Assembly: GCF_009914755.1 (NCBI RefSeq)
Contig: NC_060930.1
DNA length: 64,000 bases
Source: the human T2T-CHM13v2.0 reference genome, Homo sapiens
Reading direction: 5' to 3' (one strand)
In this document: piece by piece, positions 49,636 to 61,555 of the stretch
How the letters are laid out: every line of letters starts with the position of its first letter
Position numbering within the stretch: position 1 is the stretch's first letter
Position numbers and translations under genes: made by a program
The notes under the pieces: generated by a model
Seen by the model: the letters and a program-made list of their open reading frames with translations, nothing else
Database searches by the model: none
What the model was told of the DNA's origin: nothing

Positions 49636-52139
49636 GCTTTTTTTCCAGGATAAACATACATCTTTCTGCCCTTTTGTTGGCATTCAAACCTCTGTTCAGA
49701 CTTTCATTCTGCTACAAAATATCTTTGTATGGGCAGAGGGTGGGTTGGATTGCAGCTGATCTTGGCAGCAGATCATAAGAACTTTTATGTACCTGGCCTT
49801 TCAGTTTACTGGGATCTTTTCACTGTTATTCAAGCCCTAAGCATCTGAGCTGAAGTAGTTGTCTGATTGTTCCATTGTCATGTATTCCTTAATACCTACT
49901 TTCCATAGTTCTGTACAGATGCTTTTTATGCAAGTAATCTTTGACATAGAGACAGAACGGCTGAAAATAGATTTTCCCTTAGCTGAAACTTCTCCCAGGC
50001 AATTTAATTCTTTATCATCACTTTAGTGTGTTTTTCTAGTTTTCTTTTGTTATTTGTCCCTAATATTGAGTCTAATGAAGATGCAAGTTTCAGTTTTCCT
50101 TCTCTTTTCCACAGCTAGACCTCCTCAGCCAGTAGGAAGCTCTACCCTTCCTCAGTCTCTGATCATCAGCACCCCAGACACCCATTATTAGCAGATTCTA
50201 GTCAAGGCATGTGCTTCCCTTTGATGCTTTTGATTCACTAGTCCCTGACACATTTTAAACGCTGAATAAATGGTAAATATAATTTTCATCACCATAATTG
50301 TCAGGCATACCATGTTTACAAGTGCTAAGAAACGATAGATGAACTGACATCTCTCACATCCTGGGTCACCAGATTCTATTTTTCTACTAATCTGATTGGT
50401 GGAGTGGGTATCTCTTTCTTTCTTCTCTATACCATGTGTGTCTTATCTGAAACAGTTCACTCAATCAAAAAGGATTACCTTTTTTTTTTTTTTAATAGAA
50501 GAAGACCTTCTTTTCTTTACCACATGGGTATATGAGTTAAGATTTTCTTCTGCTAGAATTTCCAAGAAGATTTAGCAGATCCACAGCTGTTAGACCTGTA
50601 GCAGTTAAACTTAAAATAATTCCTTATTAAGTCACTAAACCTGAATGTAGACTGTCATGTACAGATACTAGTAATAACCCTGTAAATAAACTCTCATATA
50701 TTTTACATTCTTGATAAGAAAGAATAACAGTCAGTTATGATGTTTCTCCTTGGAAATATTTCTCAAGTTCAAGAATGGTTTTATTATTGCCTTTCTAAAC
50801 AAGTGGAATATTTGGATGAACAGGTAATCAGTAAAATGTCCTTGCCTTAGTGCTAATAAACTTTGAAGAAGAGTTTTCAGCTGCTTTGAAGAATTTTTTT
50901 TTCCCTTCTGATACCTTGTAAGTAATTCAAGTTGTAATTTTCACTGTTGCTATAGCCTGGCTATCACTTTAACGTGAAGGAGCAAAAGATGAAACTTGAT
51001 AGGAGTCATCTATCATAATAACTAGATCCAAGAGTTCAAAGGGGAAGCAGAAGAGACCAAGAAGAAGTGATTTTTTCTGTCAATTATACTGTGTTTTATC
51101 TGAAATGATATGTATTAGGAAGAACTGTGTCAGATGTTGGATTCTCTGCACTCGCAGACACACATCATCCCTACCTTTCCAAGCCTTTTTTTCAACTTCC
51201 TCCTAGTGGTGAAAAGTATGTATAGCACTTGTGAATTACCTTAATAGTCACTGCTTATCTATTGAGTTGAGGCATGTGTTAGCTATCATGCAAATTTAGA
51301 AAATATGATGCATGGTAACTATCACTTTGAGCAGTAGTATGTCAAAGTAAAAATAATGAAGAGAAGGAGATGTGATGTTGGAGCCAGTCCTGGAGACAAC
51401 TAAAATGCCTCAGGTGGTGAGATATTTTGGCATTACAGATGGGTTTCTGGACCAATTTATCATAATCTTTCTTAGGACATCATTATATTTCAATCAAATC
51501 GAGCAACTTTATGTCAGGCAATTTAAAGAAGACATCCCTATTTGTCTTGTGTAATAAAATCAGCAAATAAAGAGGTGATACCAATTTGTTGATTCCCCTT
51601 TGTTCAACAGTAGGCCCGGGGAAAATGCCTTTCAGTGCAGGTTTTATTTCCACTGATGGGTCCACCTTTCAGTGAATGTGATGCTCAAGACTCTCTGGAT
51701 CATTTTTCCTGTCCTGAGGACAGGGATAGGGTTGAATCTGAAGTCATCATAGGTACATGATGGATATAATGCAGCACCAGCAGCATCAGTCTGTGAAGAG
51801 GGCTAGGCCTTTCATTATGCCTATCTTCAGCTGCCGTTTTTCTCAGTAAGCTGGTGCCTCACAGGACCATCCCTCTCAATTCTGCTACTTTGAAGTGAAG
51901 TCAGGAGACTTATCTTTAATTAGTTTATTTAATCCTAATGTTGGTTCATGAAATGTTTGTGGAAAGACTTAAAATCAGTTTATAGTATTGGCAGTTGTGG
52001 CTTTTAGTGCTCTGATGAGCATGTTGTGTTACAACGAACTATTAGACAATTTGAAGAATAGTTTGCTTCAAATTAGAGTGTATCAATACTTTCTTAAGGG
52101 GTTGCACCTGTAGTTTTAGCCATCAAATAATTATGATTA

Positions 52140-52812
52140 CAGTAGCCCCCTCTTATGCATGGTTTTTCTTTCTGCTGTTTCAGTCACCCACAGTAAGCTG
52201 CATTCTGAAAATATTAAATGGAAAATTCTAGAAATTCAGAAATTTTGAATTATGCATTATTCTGAGTGTGTGACTAAATCTTGTGCTGTATCAGTCCTTC
52301 CTACCTGAGACATGAATTATTCTTTTTTCCAGTGTATCCATGCCATATATGCTCCTGGTCCCTTAGACACTTACCAGCTGCTTTGGTTATCAGATTGACT
52401 GTCATTGTATCACAGTGCCTGTGGTGACTTGACCCTTGTTTTATTTATTGTGGCTATTTATTGTGGTAACCCGTATTTTACTGAATAATGGTACCAACAC
52501 ACAAGAGTAGTGATGCTGGCAATTCAGCTATGGCAAAGAGAAGCCGTAAAGAGCTTTCTTTAAGTGAAAAGGTGGAAGTTTTGAGTTAATAAGGAGAAAG
52601 AATATATGCTGAAATCACTAAGATCTATGGCAAAAGTAAATCTTTCATCCACGAAATTGTGGAAAATGGAAAAGAAATTCGTGCTAGTTTTGCTGCTGCA
52701 CCTCAAACTATAAAAGTGCATGCTACCGTGTGTGTATAGAAAAAACACAGTATGTATATTGAGTTCAGTACTATCAGCAGTTTTAGGCATTCACTGGGGG
52801 TCTTAGGACTGT
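52140..52812 (+). mobile_element. MER44 (Tigger7 deletion derivative)
   Basis: TA|CAGTAGCCCCCTCTTAT terminus; transposase N-terminus (ATG...AAGAGTAGTGATGCTGGCAATTC, KSSDAGNS); CACTGGGGGTCTT end. Confidence 0.88.
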
Positions 52813-53010
52813 CATTGTCTAATTATATTTATTACTAAAATATAAAAAAAAGTACAAAGATTTCTTGAGTATCCTGGCTTCATTTTCTGAGGAAGCTGGC
52901 TCAACTGGCTAAAAGGGATGGCACTTTTCCTTTGTAGTTGACAAAATGGTGGCCTAAGTGCAACTGGGTTGATTCTTACCTTATGAGTAAGAATCACAAT
53001 TTTAACAAGT

Positions 53011-53479
53011 TGTATTAGTTTTCTGTGACTATTAAAACAAACGATCACAGATTTGGGGTAATTTATTCTATCACAGTTCTGGAGGCAAAAGTCAGAAATC
53101 AGAGTCACAAGGCCAAATCAAGGCTGTGCTTCCTCTAGAAGCTTCAGGAGAGTTTATATCTTACCTCTTCCAGCTTCTGGTAGCTACCGGAATTTCTTGT
53201 CTTATGGTCCCATCACTCCAGTATGTGCTTCCATAGTCACATTGCCATCTCCTCTTTTATCTGTTATAAAATCTTCCTCTGCCTCAGTCTTATGAGGATA
53301 CATGTGATTGTATTCAGGGCCCACACTAGATAATCTCAGATTATCTCCTTATCTCAAGATCCTTAACTTGATCACATTGGTAAAGACCTGTTTATTTTTT
53401 GTCATATAAAGTAGTGCTCATAGGTGCTAGGAATTAGAATGCAGATATCTTTTGGGAACCCATTATTCAGCCCACTACA
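53011..53479 (-). mobile_element. MLT1C/D MaLR solo LTR
   Basis: TGTATTAGTTT...ATTCAGCCCACTACA; exact TSD CAAGT (53006-53010 / 53480-53484). Confidence 0.92.
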
Positions 53480-55275
53480 CAAGTGTCACCAGGATGTTTA
53501 ATGGATAAATAACATGATCAAAATTACTAACAACAGTGCTTTTCAGGAATTAGCAACATTCTTTACTAAGAACATAGAAAATCTAAGGTGGCAAATTTGG
53601 GGGCAGTTTGGCATATGAACTAGAATGTTAAAAAATACAATTAAAAATGAAACTTGCAGACTTTGTATAGATTTGAGGTTGTCTGGAATCGTATATTTAA
53701 ATTTTTATAAATTTTAGATAAGGCATTTGTTGTCTGTCCACAACTTTGAATGTTTTCCAAAATCTAGAGCTTGTCTGCTAGGTCACTATATTCTGTTCTG
53801 AGGATATTATTTGAGATGAGAAGGTTAAAATGGATATTTTTTCCTCATCAATACATAGATTAAATATATATTGGCATGTTCTGGAAGCTATAAAAAACAC
53901 TGCACCAAAATTGTGAGTTTTTTCTCACATTAAGGAACTTATATCTTTCATCATTATAAAAGATTTTGTTTTGACCTAGAATTGATCCTTCAGTTTGTAT
54001 ATTGATCCCAGGATCCCTTTGTCAGATAATCTGACCCAGAATCTGATATAGAGAGGCAATTACTGAGTTCCCATGTAAAACTACAGCTCTCTTCCTGATT
54101 CTACCTGTTCTGTATCACATCTCTTCTCCATTACATATTATCCAGTTCTGAGGCCTTATGATTTGGTTCTTATAGTCATGGATTGCTCTCCTACAAACTA
54201 GTGGCTCGCTTCTTTATTGTCTGTCTGCAGATATTCTTGGGCAGTGACTGCTTCCCACCCTTTAACTTACCTGCCTCTCCAAGGTGTCTTGAAATATTAT
54301 GTTTCTTTCTTAATTTTAATCCTCAATTATGGCAAAGTAAAAAATAATAATGTGAAGAAACTCAAACACAATGGTCAATAGCTTGAAAAGTCTTATTTCT
54401 CCTTAGTTGAATGATGAAAATGAATTGTTGAGGCTATAGTGTTCTAGTTATTGGCTTGTTAAATGTTGAATACAAGAAACAGTGATTTTACTAGCCTGTG
54501 GTTTAGAAAAGACTAATCCACAGACATTTATTAATTCATTCAACAAACAAGAGTATTTCATTTTCCAGGACATTTGCTAGGTGATGGGGGAAAATTACAA
54601 ACAAAAACAGACTTGCTTTGTGCCCTCTTGGAGCTTACATGCTAGTATGGAGGGTCAGATATTAAGTAGTCACAAAACATTACACATTACAATTTTGAGT
54701 GATAAAAGACCTATTCCAGAAAACGTTAGTGCTTGTAATTGGTTACTCAGCCTAGTTGAAGAGAAGCATTCAGGGAGAGTTTCCCTGAAGAGGCAATATC
54801 TGTATGGGAATTTGAGACATGAATGGAAATTAGCAAAATGGAGCGAGTGGAGAGCATTCCATACCACGGGCATATGCGCAAACATCCTGTGGTGAGAGAG
54901 GGCATGGCATATCAAAGGAACTGTGAGATTGGAATAATTAGAAGTAGCACAGTAAGATTGGAAGGGTAGGTAAGAATCAGATTATATTAGAGTTTATATG
55001 CCTTTTAAAAATTTAGTCTTGCCAGAGAGTCATAGGAAACTATTGAATACTTTCAGCAGAAGTATCATGTGATCAGATTTGTTTTATTTTGATTAATCAT
55101 TTGATTAATTGGATTGTTCATTATTTTACTCTAAAGTAAAGTAAAATACTCTGCAATGAAGTGTTTGAATACACAGGTAGCTCCAGTTACAATGTTTGCG
55201 CCTCATGCTGGTACGCAGTATGCCCACAGCCATAAACCTGTTTTCATTGTTACTGTTATTTTCTAATTTCTCAGA

Positions 55276-55473
55276 GTTTTATTTATTTTTAAATGTATTT
55301 TTATTTTATTTTATTGTGGTAATAACACTTAATATCAGATCTACCCTCTTAACAAACTTTTAAGTGTATAAGACGTTGTTGACTATTGGTATGGTGTTGT
55401 ACAGCAGATTTCTCTAGAGCTTATTCAGCTTACTTAACTGAAACTTTTTGCCCATTGATTAGTATCTTCCCAT
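55276..55473 (-). mobile_element. L1MA (MA8/9-like) 3' end
   Basis: T-rich tail, ATTGTGGTAA.AACACTTAA..AGATCTACCCTCTTAACAAA..TTGTACAGCAGAT..GAAACTTT. Confidence 0.85.
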
Positions 55474-55474
55474 G

Positions 55475-55501
55475 TACCTGACGGGGGAGACACCATGATC
55501 A
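55475..55501 (+). pseudogene. U1 snRNA 5' fragment (nt 6-32), 3'-truncated retrocopy
   Basis: TACCTGACGGGGGAGACACCATGATCA vs U1 TACCTGGCAGGGGAGATACCATGATCA: 24/27 identical, ungapped. Confidence 0.8.
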
Positions 55502-56871
55502 GATTTATGTTTTAAAAAGGCCACTCTTCTGTGTAGAGACGAGTTTGTAGGAAAGCAAGAATGGCTGTAGGACACCTAGTTAGGAGACTACTGCAAAAAT
55601 AAATATTAAAAAAAATTCACTCTACTCTTCTATATTCTTTGATTTCATGTTTTTCTGGTTTTCTGCATTGTGCCTGGATGAATATGTATTTGTTTAAAGA
55701 ACAACAAGAGATTCATGAATGAATAATTTCAGCTATGGCTTGGTGCAGGAGACTCAGACCAGCTATCCTCTGTGTTTTCAGTGTCTCTGATGTTTGTCAT
55801 TGATACCCATATTATATATCGAGAAACTCAAAAGTTCTATAGCATCATAAAAATACAGAGACATAAATGTTCTAAATACAACAAATCATTCATTGGTGTA
55901 ATAAGGAAAGAAATTACAAAAGTTATAGGAATATAGGGCAGACATCCCATATCTCAAATCCTTGTGGACCAGTAAGTGATTAAGCAAAATTAAAGGTCTG
56001 ATTAAGATGGCAAAGGGTATAGAGATTCCTGAGGTTCTTGGTAATTATGCAATAGAAATTTAATCCAAACTGTCAGGAAATTAGTCTTTGAAGGATAAGA
56101 AGATGATAACTAGGTCAGTTGACAATATGGTATGAATATTTTGTCTGAGCTTAAGAAGAGGTCATTCTAACTGCTTCATTAAGACTCAAATATTTTATTA
56201 AAATAGAGATATTCTAAGAATGTCAAGCTTTAGGAAAAAATCTAGGAATTACAAAAATATATTTTAAGTTGAAAGTGCTTGTTGCCCATCCAGGAACTGA
56301 ATTGATAGCCACAAATATATACAGTTACTATTTCTGCTGAAAATTATCTTAAATTTACCACAAAATATATAACATATTGCAAGCTAAAACAGAAGCTTTG
56401 AAGTTTTTCTATGTTTGCTGTTTGAGTTGGATTCCATGGCATGTGGGTGTCTCAGTCAGAAGTATTGTTAGTGCGTCCTCCTGCTTAATGAAGGGGAGAG
56501 TGGAGGCAGCAAAGATTTGCCTTGATTGGCTTCTATCAGAACTAATTTTTTCCTATTTTTTAATTTTCAGAGATCAGATCCAGAGCCTGACAAGTTTATT
56601 TACTTGGAGAAGCAGATTCTAGGTTCTAGAAAAGAAGGCTGAAAATACAACTTTAAGGGAAAGGATAATCTGATGACTAATTCTCATTTATCAAAAAGCC
56701 ACTTTGCCTTAGATCTATCTGTATAAACTCCATGCTTCACAGTAAAATCCTTCTAACTTTATTGAAAAAAGGGGGCCACCTAGCAAATAACACCAAGAGT
56801 ATTATTTCTGGGGTTCAGTTAACCCAAAGACAATTATTTATCTTACTAAAATCCATTTCTAGGTCTATAAA

Positions 56872-57120
56872 CCTATTGTGTAGTACATAAATACATAGGC
56901 TTTAGTCCTAGATAGTTGGAGCAGATCCTGGCTATACCAATTGTTAGCCATAAGCCACGATCAATGTACTTAACTTCTCCAAGTTTCTCATCTTTAGAAT
57001 GGGGATAATAGTGCTATTTACTTTATATAATTATTGGGAGGAGGAAATGGCTTCATAAATATAAAGAACTTAGCATAGTGAATGCCACATAATAAACCCT
57101 AAATAATTGTAGCAACTGCT
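56872..57120 (+). mobile_element. MIR, near full length
   Basis: GATCCTGGCT..ACTTAACTTCTC..AGTTTCTCATCTT.AGAATGGGGATAATAG..ACTTAGCATAGTG. Confidence 0.8.
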
Positions 57121-57283
57121 TTTATTAGGAAGTCTTCCAGATCTTTGTAATCTTTGTCCAGTTGTCATCACAGGCAGAAATAAAAGAATAAAAAATTTCC
57201 ACTGAGAATTACGCTAATTATATAAACATAATGCATATTCTATGAAACTAACATTCTCAGAGGTAATTATACAATTTTAGGAG

Positions 57284-57388
57284 AAAACATTATTTTAAAA
57301 TTTACCAGTAAAGCACTATTATAAATATCAATAAAAAACATTATTTTAAAATTTACCAGTAAAACATTGTTATAAATATCAATAAAAT
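57284..57388. repeat. 51-bp tandem duplication
   Basis: AAAACATTATTTTAAAATTTACCAGTAAA...ATAAATATCAATAA twice, 3 mismatches. Confidence 0.95.
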
Positions 57389-58055
57389 ATTGTCCAACCT
57401 ACTGAAACATTTAGAACGTTCTCTTCACTTTTCATAGCCATGGACTATGAAAGTGTTATGGCATATTATATGTTTTTTGTTATATTCAAAAATAGTTTAT
57501 CCTTGGGAAAATACTAACTGTGGAAGGAAATTCTACAAAGTTAGTGACTGGAGGGAATAAACCTAATGCATATGTTGAATATCCTAGTGTTTTCTCAATT
57601 TGTTTAAATGGGATAAATCATGTGATATTTTTTGAAAAATGCAATTTATATGAAAATGTAATTTCTAGACATTCAGCAGCCCATTCACATGGTAAAAACT
57701 TGTCATAAATCCCCCAAAAGTACAATCTTACATTCTCATGACTATTTATCAAAAATGGAATATTTTTCTGTAGGCATGATAGACAATGTATTATTATACA
57801 TTTGGGGTTTTTAAAGATGCATATTTTGTTTCAGAAACAGGCTATTATTTCTGATTGACTGCTTTGAGTTTTAAAACCAATATTGTCATTAGCAAAAAAG
57901 TATACCAAGTTATGTAAGCATAAACAAAACCAGGCTATATTTGAACAGCACCTCAAAGGAAGTTTCTCAAGAAGTGATTTAGGTAATTTAGAAAATATTT
58001 TTTTGTCTCTGATGTTTTAATATGTTACATATAGATGCAAGAATTTAATTGCCTT

Positions 58056-58414
58056 TGTGTTTAGTCTGTTCTGGCTGCTATAATAGAATACCATAAACTA
58101 GGTGGCTTATAAACAACAGAAATTTATTTCTCACAGTTTTGAAGCCTGGGAAGTACAAGATCAAGGTGCAGATTCAGCGTGTTGAGAGGGCCCACTTTTT
58201 TGTTCATGGATGATACCTTCATTCTGTGTTGTCACATGGTGAAGAGGCAAGGCAGCTCTCTGGGGCCTCTTGTTATGGCACTAATCCCATTCATGAGGGC
58301 TCTAGCCTTATGATCTAATCACTTTCTATAAGCCCCACCTCCTAATACTATCACATTAGTGATTATGTTTTGACATATAATTTTTATGGGGACTCAGACA
58401 TTTAGGCTATAGCA
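58056..58414 (-). mobile_element. MLT1A-type MaLR LTR
   Basis: TTAGTCTGTT.TGGCTGCTATAA..GGCACTAATCCCATTCATGAGGGC..CTATAGCA. Confidence 0.9.
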
Positions 58415-58604
58415 CCTTGGATGATCATTTAGAAATCACAAAACTAAAATCCTAATCCCTTTATTTCTACAATGCCTTACAATGTTTCTCTTGAGATCAT
58501 CTGCTTTACCTCTTCTTAGGTAATTAATCCCAGAGAAGGTCTTCCAGGTATTCCTACCTACTCCATATGAAAGTATCTGCTGTTAACTATATTTTAAAGG
58601 AACC

Positions 58605-59095
58605 ATATTATAGATATTTGGCAGTGTCTGCCTCACCTACCATCCTTTTCTGTATCACATGGTCCCCACCCTTTAAACCCTGACCATTGTTGCTTGGGCC
58701 AGAGCTAGACTGAGATTCATTCAGTAAGACCCTTTTCTCTATTACTTAGAAACTGAGTTTTTGAGCCAGTAATCTGTTGCAATTTCAATGGCTGACTTTT
58801 CATTTTTGGGTAACCCTCTTCCAAAATCTTAGAAAGAGGGATACCTAATTTTCAAAGAGAGAAGGACTAGACAGATTACACAAAAAAAGCAAGCATGAAT
58901 TTCATGAGTCCCCAAAAAGAAAAGAGAGTAATTTTGTTTCCTGACACTTTGCAGCTGCTGATTCCAGTCCCTCAGGAGACCCAAGTATTCATGAGTTCTA
59001 TGAGCTTTTCTTGTATGCTTATAACAAATTTATTTGTAGCTTAAGCTATCTTGTGTGAGTTTCTGCTATTTGCAACCAAAGTGCCTCTATTAAGA
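58605..59095 (+). mobile_element. Old ERVL/MaLR LTR (MLT1K/L-like)
   Basis: 3' end GCTTAAGCTA..TGAGTTTCTG.TATTTGCAACCAAAG. Confidence 0.5.
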
Positions 59096-59374
59096 AAGAA
59101 ATTCAAGTCTATGGCCTTATATGGGGGGAAAAAAGTGGTAAGGGTGACAGGATTTTTCCGTATGAAATTGTGCAAGTTGGAATTTATATATCCCTCAAAA
59201 GCATCTGAAACAGGGCATTTTGGTGAAAGGCACAAAAAACAAGTGTGAATAATAATTTTAGGAATTGCCGACCACTGACAAAATGTGAAATGATATTTTA
59301 TATACCAGGAATGTTTTGTCAATCTTTGAGGAGGAATATAAAGAAATAATTTATGAAGCATGAAAGAGAAAATT

Positions 59375-60800
59375 TCCCTCTCCCTCTCCCTCTCCTCCTT
59401 CTCCACGCGGTCTCCCTCTAATGCCGAGCCAAGGCTGGACTGTACTGCCACCATCTCAACTCACTGCAACCTCCCTACCTGATTCTCCTGCCTCAGCCTG
59501 CCGAGTGTCTGGGATTGCAGGCGCGCGCCGCCACGCCTGACTGGTTTTCATATTTTTTGGTGGAGATGGGGTTTCGCCAGTGTTGGCCGGCCTGGTCTCC
59601 AGCTCCTGACCGCGAGTAATCTTCCAGCCTAGGCCTCCCGAGGTGCCGGGATTGCAGACGGAGTCTTGCTCACTCAGTGCTCAATGTTGCCTAGGCTGGA
59701 GTGCAGTCGTGTGACCTCGGCTCGCTACAACCTCCACCTCCCAGCCGCCTGCCTTGGCCTCCCAAAGTGCCGAGATTGCAGCCTCTGCCCGGCCGCCACC
59801 CCGTCTAGGAAGTGAGGAGCGTCTCTGCCTGGCCACCCATTGTCTGGGATGTGGGGAGCACCTCTGCCCCGCCGCCCCGTCTGAGATGTGAAGAGCGCCT
59901 CTGCGCGGCCGCAACCCCGTCTGGGAACTGAGGAGTGTCTCTGCCTGGCCACCCATCGTCTGGGATGTGGGGAGCACCTCTTTCCTGCCGCCCCGTCTGA
60001 GATGTGAAGAGCGCCTTTGCACGGCCGCGACCCCGTCTGGGAACTGAGGAGTGTCTCTGCCCCACCACCACCCCGTCTGGGAGGTGAGGAGCGTCTCTGC
60101 CCGGCCGCCCTGTCTGAGAAGTGAGGATCCCCTCCACCGGCCAGCCACTCCATCTGGGAAGTGAGGAGCCCCTCTGCCCAGCAGCCGCCCCGTCTGGGAA
60201 GTGAGGAGAGTCTCCGCCCGGCAGCCGCCCCGTCCAGGAGGTGGGGGGCAGCCCCCGCCCGGCCAGCCGCCCCATCCAGGGGTTGTACCCAACAGCTCAT
60301 TGAGAACGGGCCATGATGATGATGGCGGTTTTGTCGAATAGAAAAGGGGGAAATGTGGGGAAAAGAGAGAGATCACATTGTTACTGTGTCTGTGTAGAAA
60401 GTACATAGGAGACTCCATTTTGTTCTGTACTAAGAAAAATTCTTCTGCCTTGGGATGCTGTTAATCTATAACCTTACCCCCAACCCCGTGCTCTCTGAAA
60501 CATGTGCTGTGTCCACTAAGGGTTAAATAGATTAAGGGCAGTGCAAGATGTGCTTCGTTAAACAGATGCTTGAAGGCAGCATACTGGTTAAGAGTCATCA
60601 CCACTCCCTAATCGCAAGTTCCCAGGGACACAAACATTGCGGAAGGTGGCAGGGCCTTCTGCCTAGGAAAACCAGAGACCTTTGTTCACATGTTTATCTG
60701 CTGACCTTCCCTCCACTGTTGTCCTATGACCCTGCCAAATCCCCCTCTCCGAGAAACACCCAAGAATGATCAATAACTACTAAAAAAATTAAAAAAAAAA
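59375..60800 (+). mobile_element. Full-length SVA (older subfamily, SVA_B/C-like)
   Basis: (CCCTCT)n head, antisense Alu-like region, GC-rich VNTR ~59780-60280, SINE-R, A-tail; exact TSD AAAGAGAAAATT (59363-59374 / 60801-60812). Confidence 0.97.
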
Positions 60801-61518
60801 AAAAGAGAAAATTGCGTGGGGATTTCTTAGGGTAATTTTTACAATTAGGAATTTTTACCTCTGATTTTAGAATCTAACCCCTTTGTGTAAGGCATGACTC
60901 CACTGCACAGTCTCAGAGAGAATTTAAGTAATGTCCCTAAAGTCACAGCAGGTGTTTGCTAGAACTGAGATCAATTCCAAGACACATTTCGTCGGCTACT
61001 TTTTTATTCTGCCTCCTCTGGTGATCCTAAACCTTGGAGTGTTTTCAGGCTTGACTCTTATAGGAAGTACATTTTTCAATTAGTGATCTGTTCAAAGAAA
61101 GGATATAAATAAAGGAAGCTCTGACATTCCTTATCTACATTCCTTGCTCCTTTTAGGTATTCATCTTCTACCCATCTCTGCTCTTTCCCAGGCCCACGGC
61201 TACTACAGAGGAAAACACTTGGGCATTACCATTATTTAGTAGCATGTAACTTCCCACCACCCATCTTTACTGCCCCTTCCTCTACTTTTCTTGTGGTTCT
61301 GCCAGACTAGAAGTCATATTTGAGATATTATAAAGTAGGATGGTGGCATTGAGAACCTTCAAAAAAATAGAGGCTTGTGGTATAATTCTTCTTTGTATAC
61401 TGTGTAAGCTAACAGCTATAAGTATTGTTATGAGTAAATGACCACCTTTGTCAGCTATCACAATTCAAAATTGAGGCCTAGAGACTGAATATTTCTTGTT
61501 ATTTTAAATATAGCTGAT

Positions 61519-61555
61519 AGCATTAGGAGATTCCAGCATTAGGAGATTCCAGCAT
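61519..61555. repeat. 16-bp tandem duplication
   Basis: AGCATTAGGAGATTCC x2 followed by AGCAT. Confidence 0.95.

Larger units (their letters stand above)
54530..55595 (-). mobile_element. L2 (L2a-like), interrupted at 55070-55513
   Basis: ATTCATTCAACAAAC 3' end, TGCCCTCTTGGAGCTTACA, TGATCAGATTTATGTTTT, AGTTAGGAGACTACTGCA. Confidence 0.8.

Noticed and set aside
51372-51554. 60-aa ORF in unique sequence
   Set aside because: GTG start, no recognisable domain, and length within chance expectation.
51708-51724. Inverted repeat CCTGTCCT-G-AGGACAGG
   Set aside because: About one 8-bp-arm palindrome of this spacing is expected by chance in 64 kb.
55475-55501. Functional U1 snRNA gene
   Set aside because: Only 27 nt; lacks the rest of U1, the Sm site and snRNA promoter elements.
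59681-60418. Longest ORFs (245, 191 and 156 aa)
   Set aside because: Antisense readthrough of the GC-rich SVA VNTR; repetitive peptides typical of that artefact.
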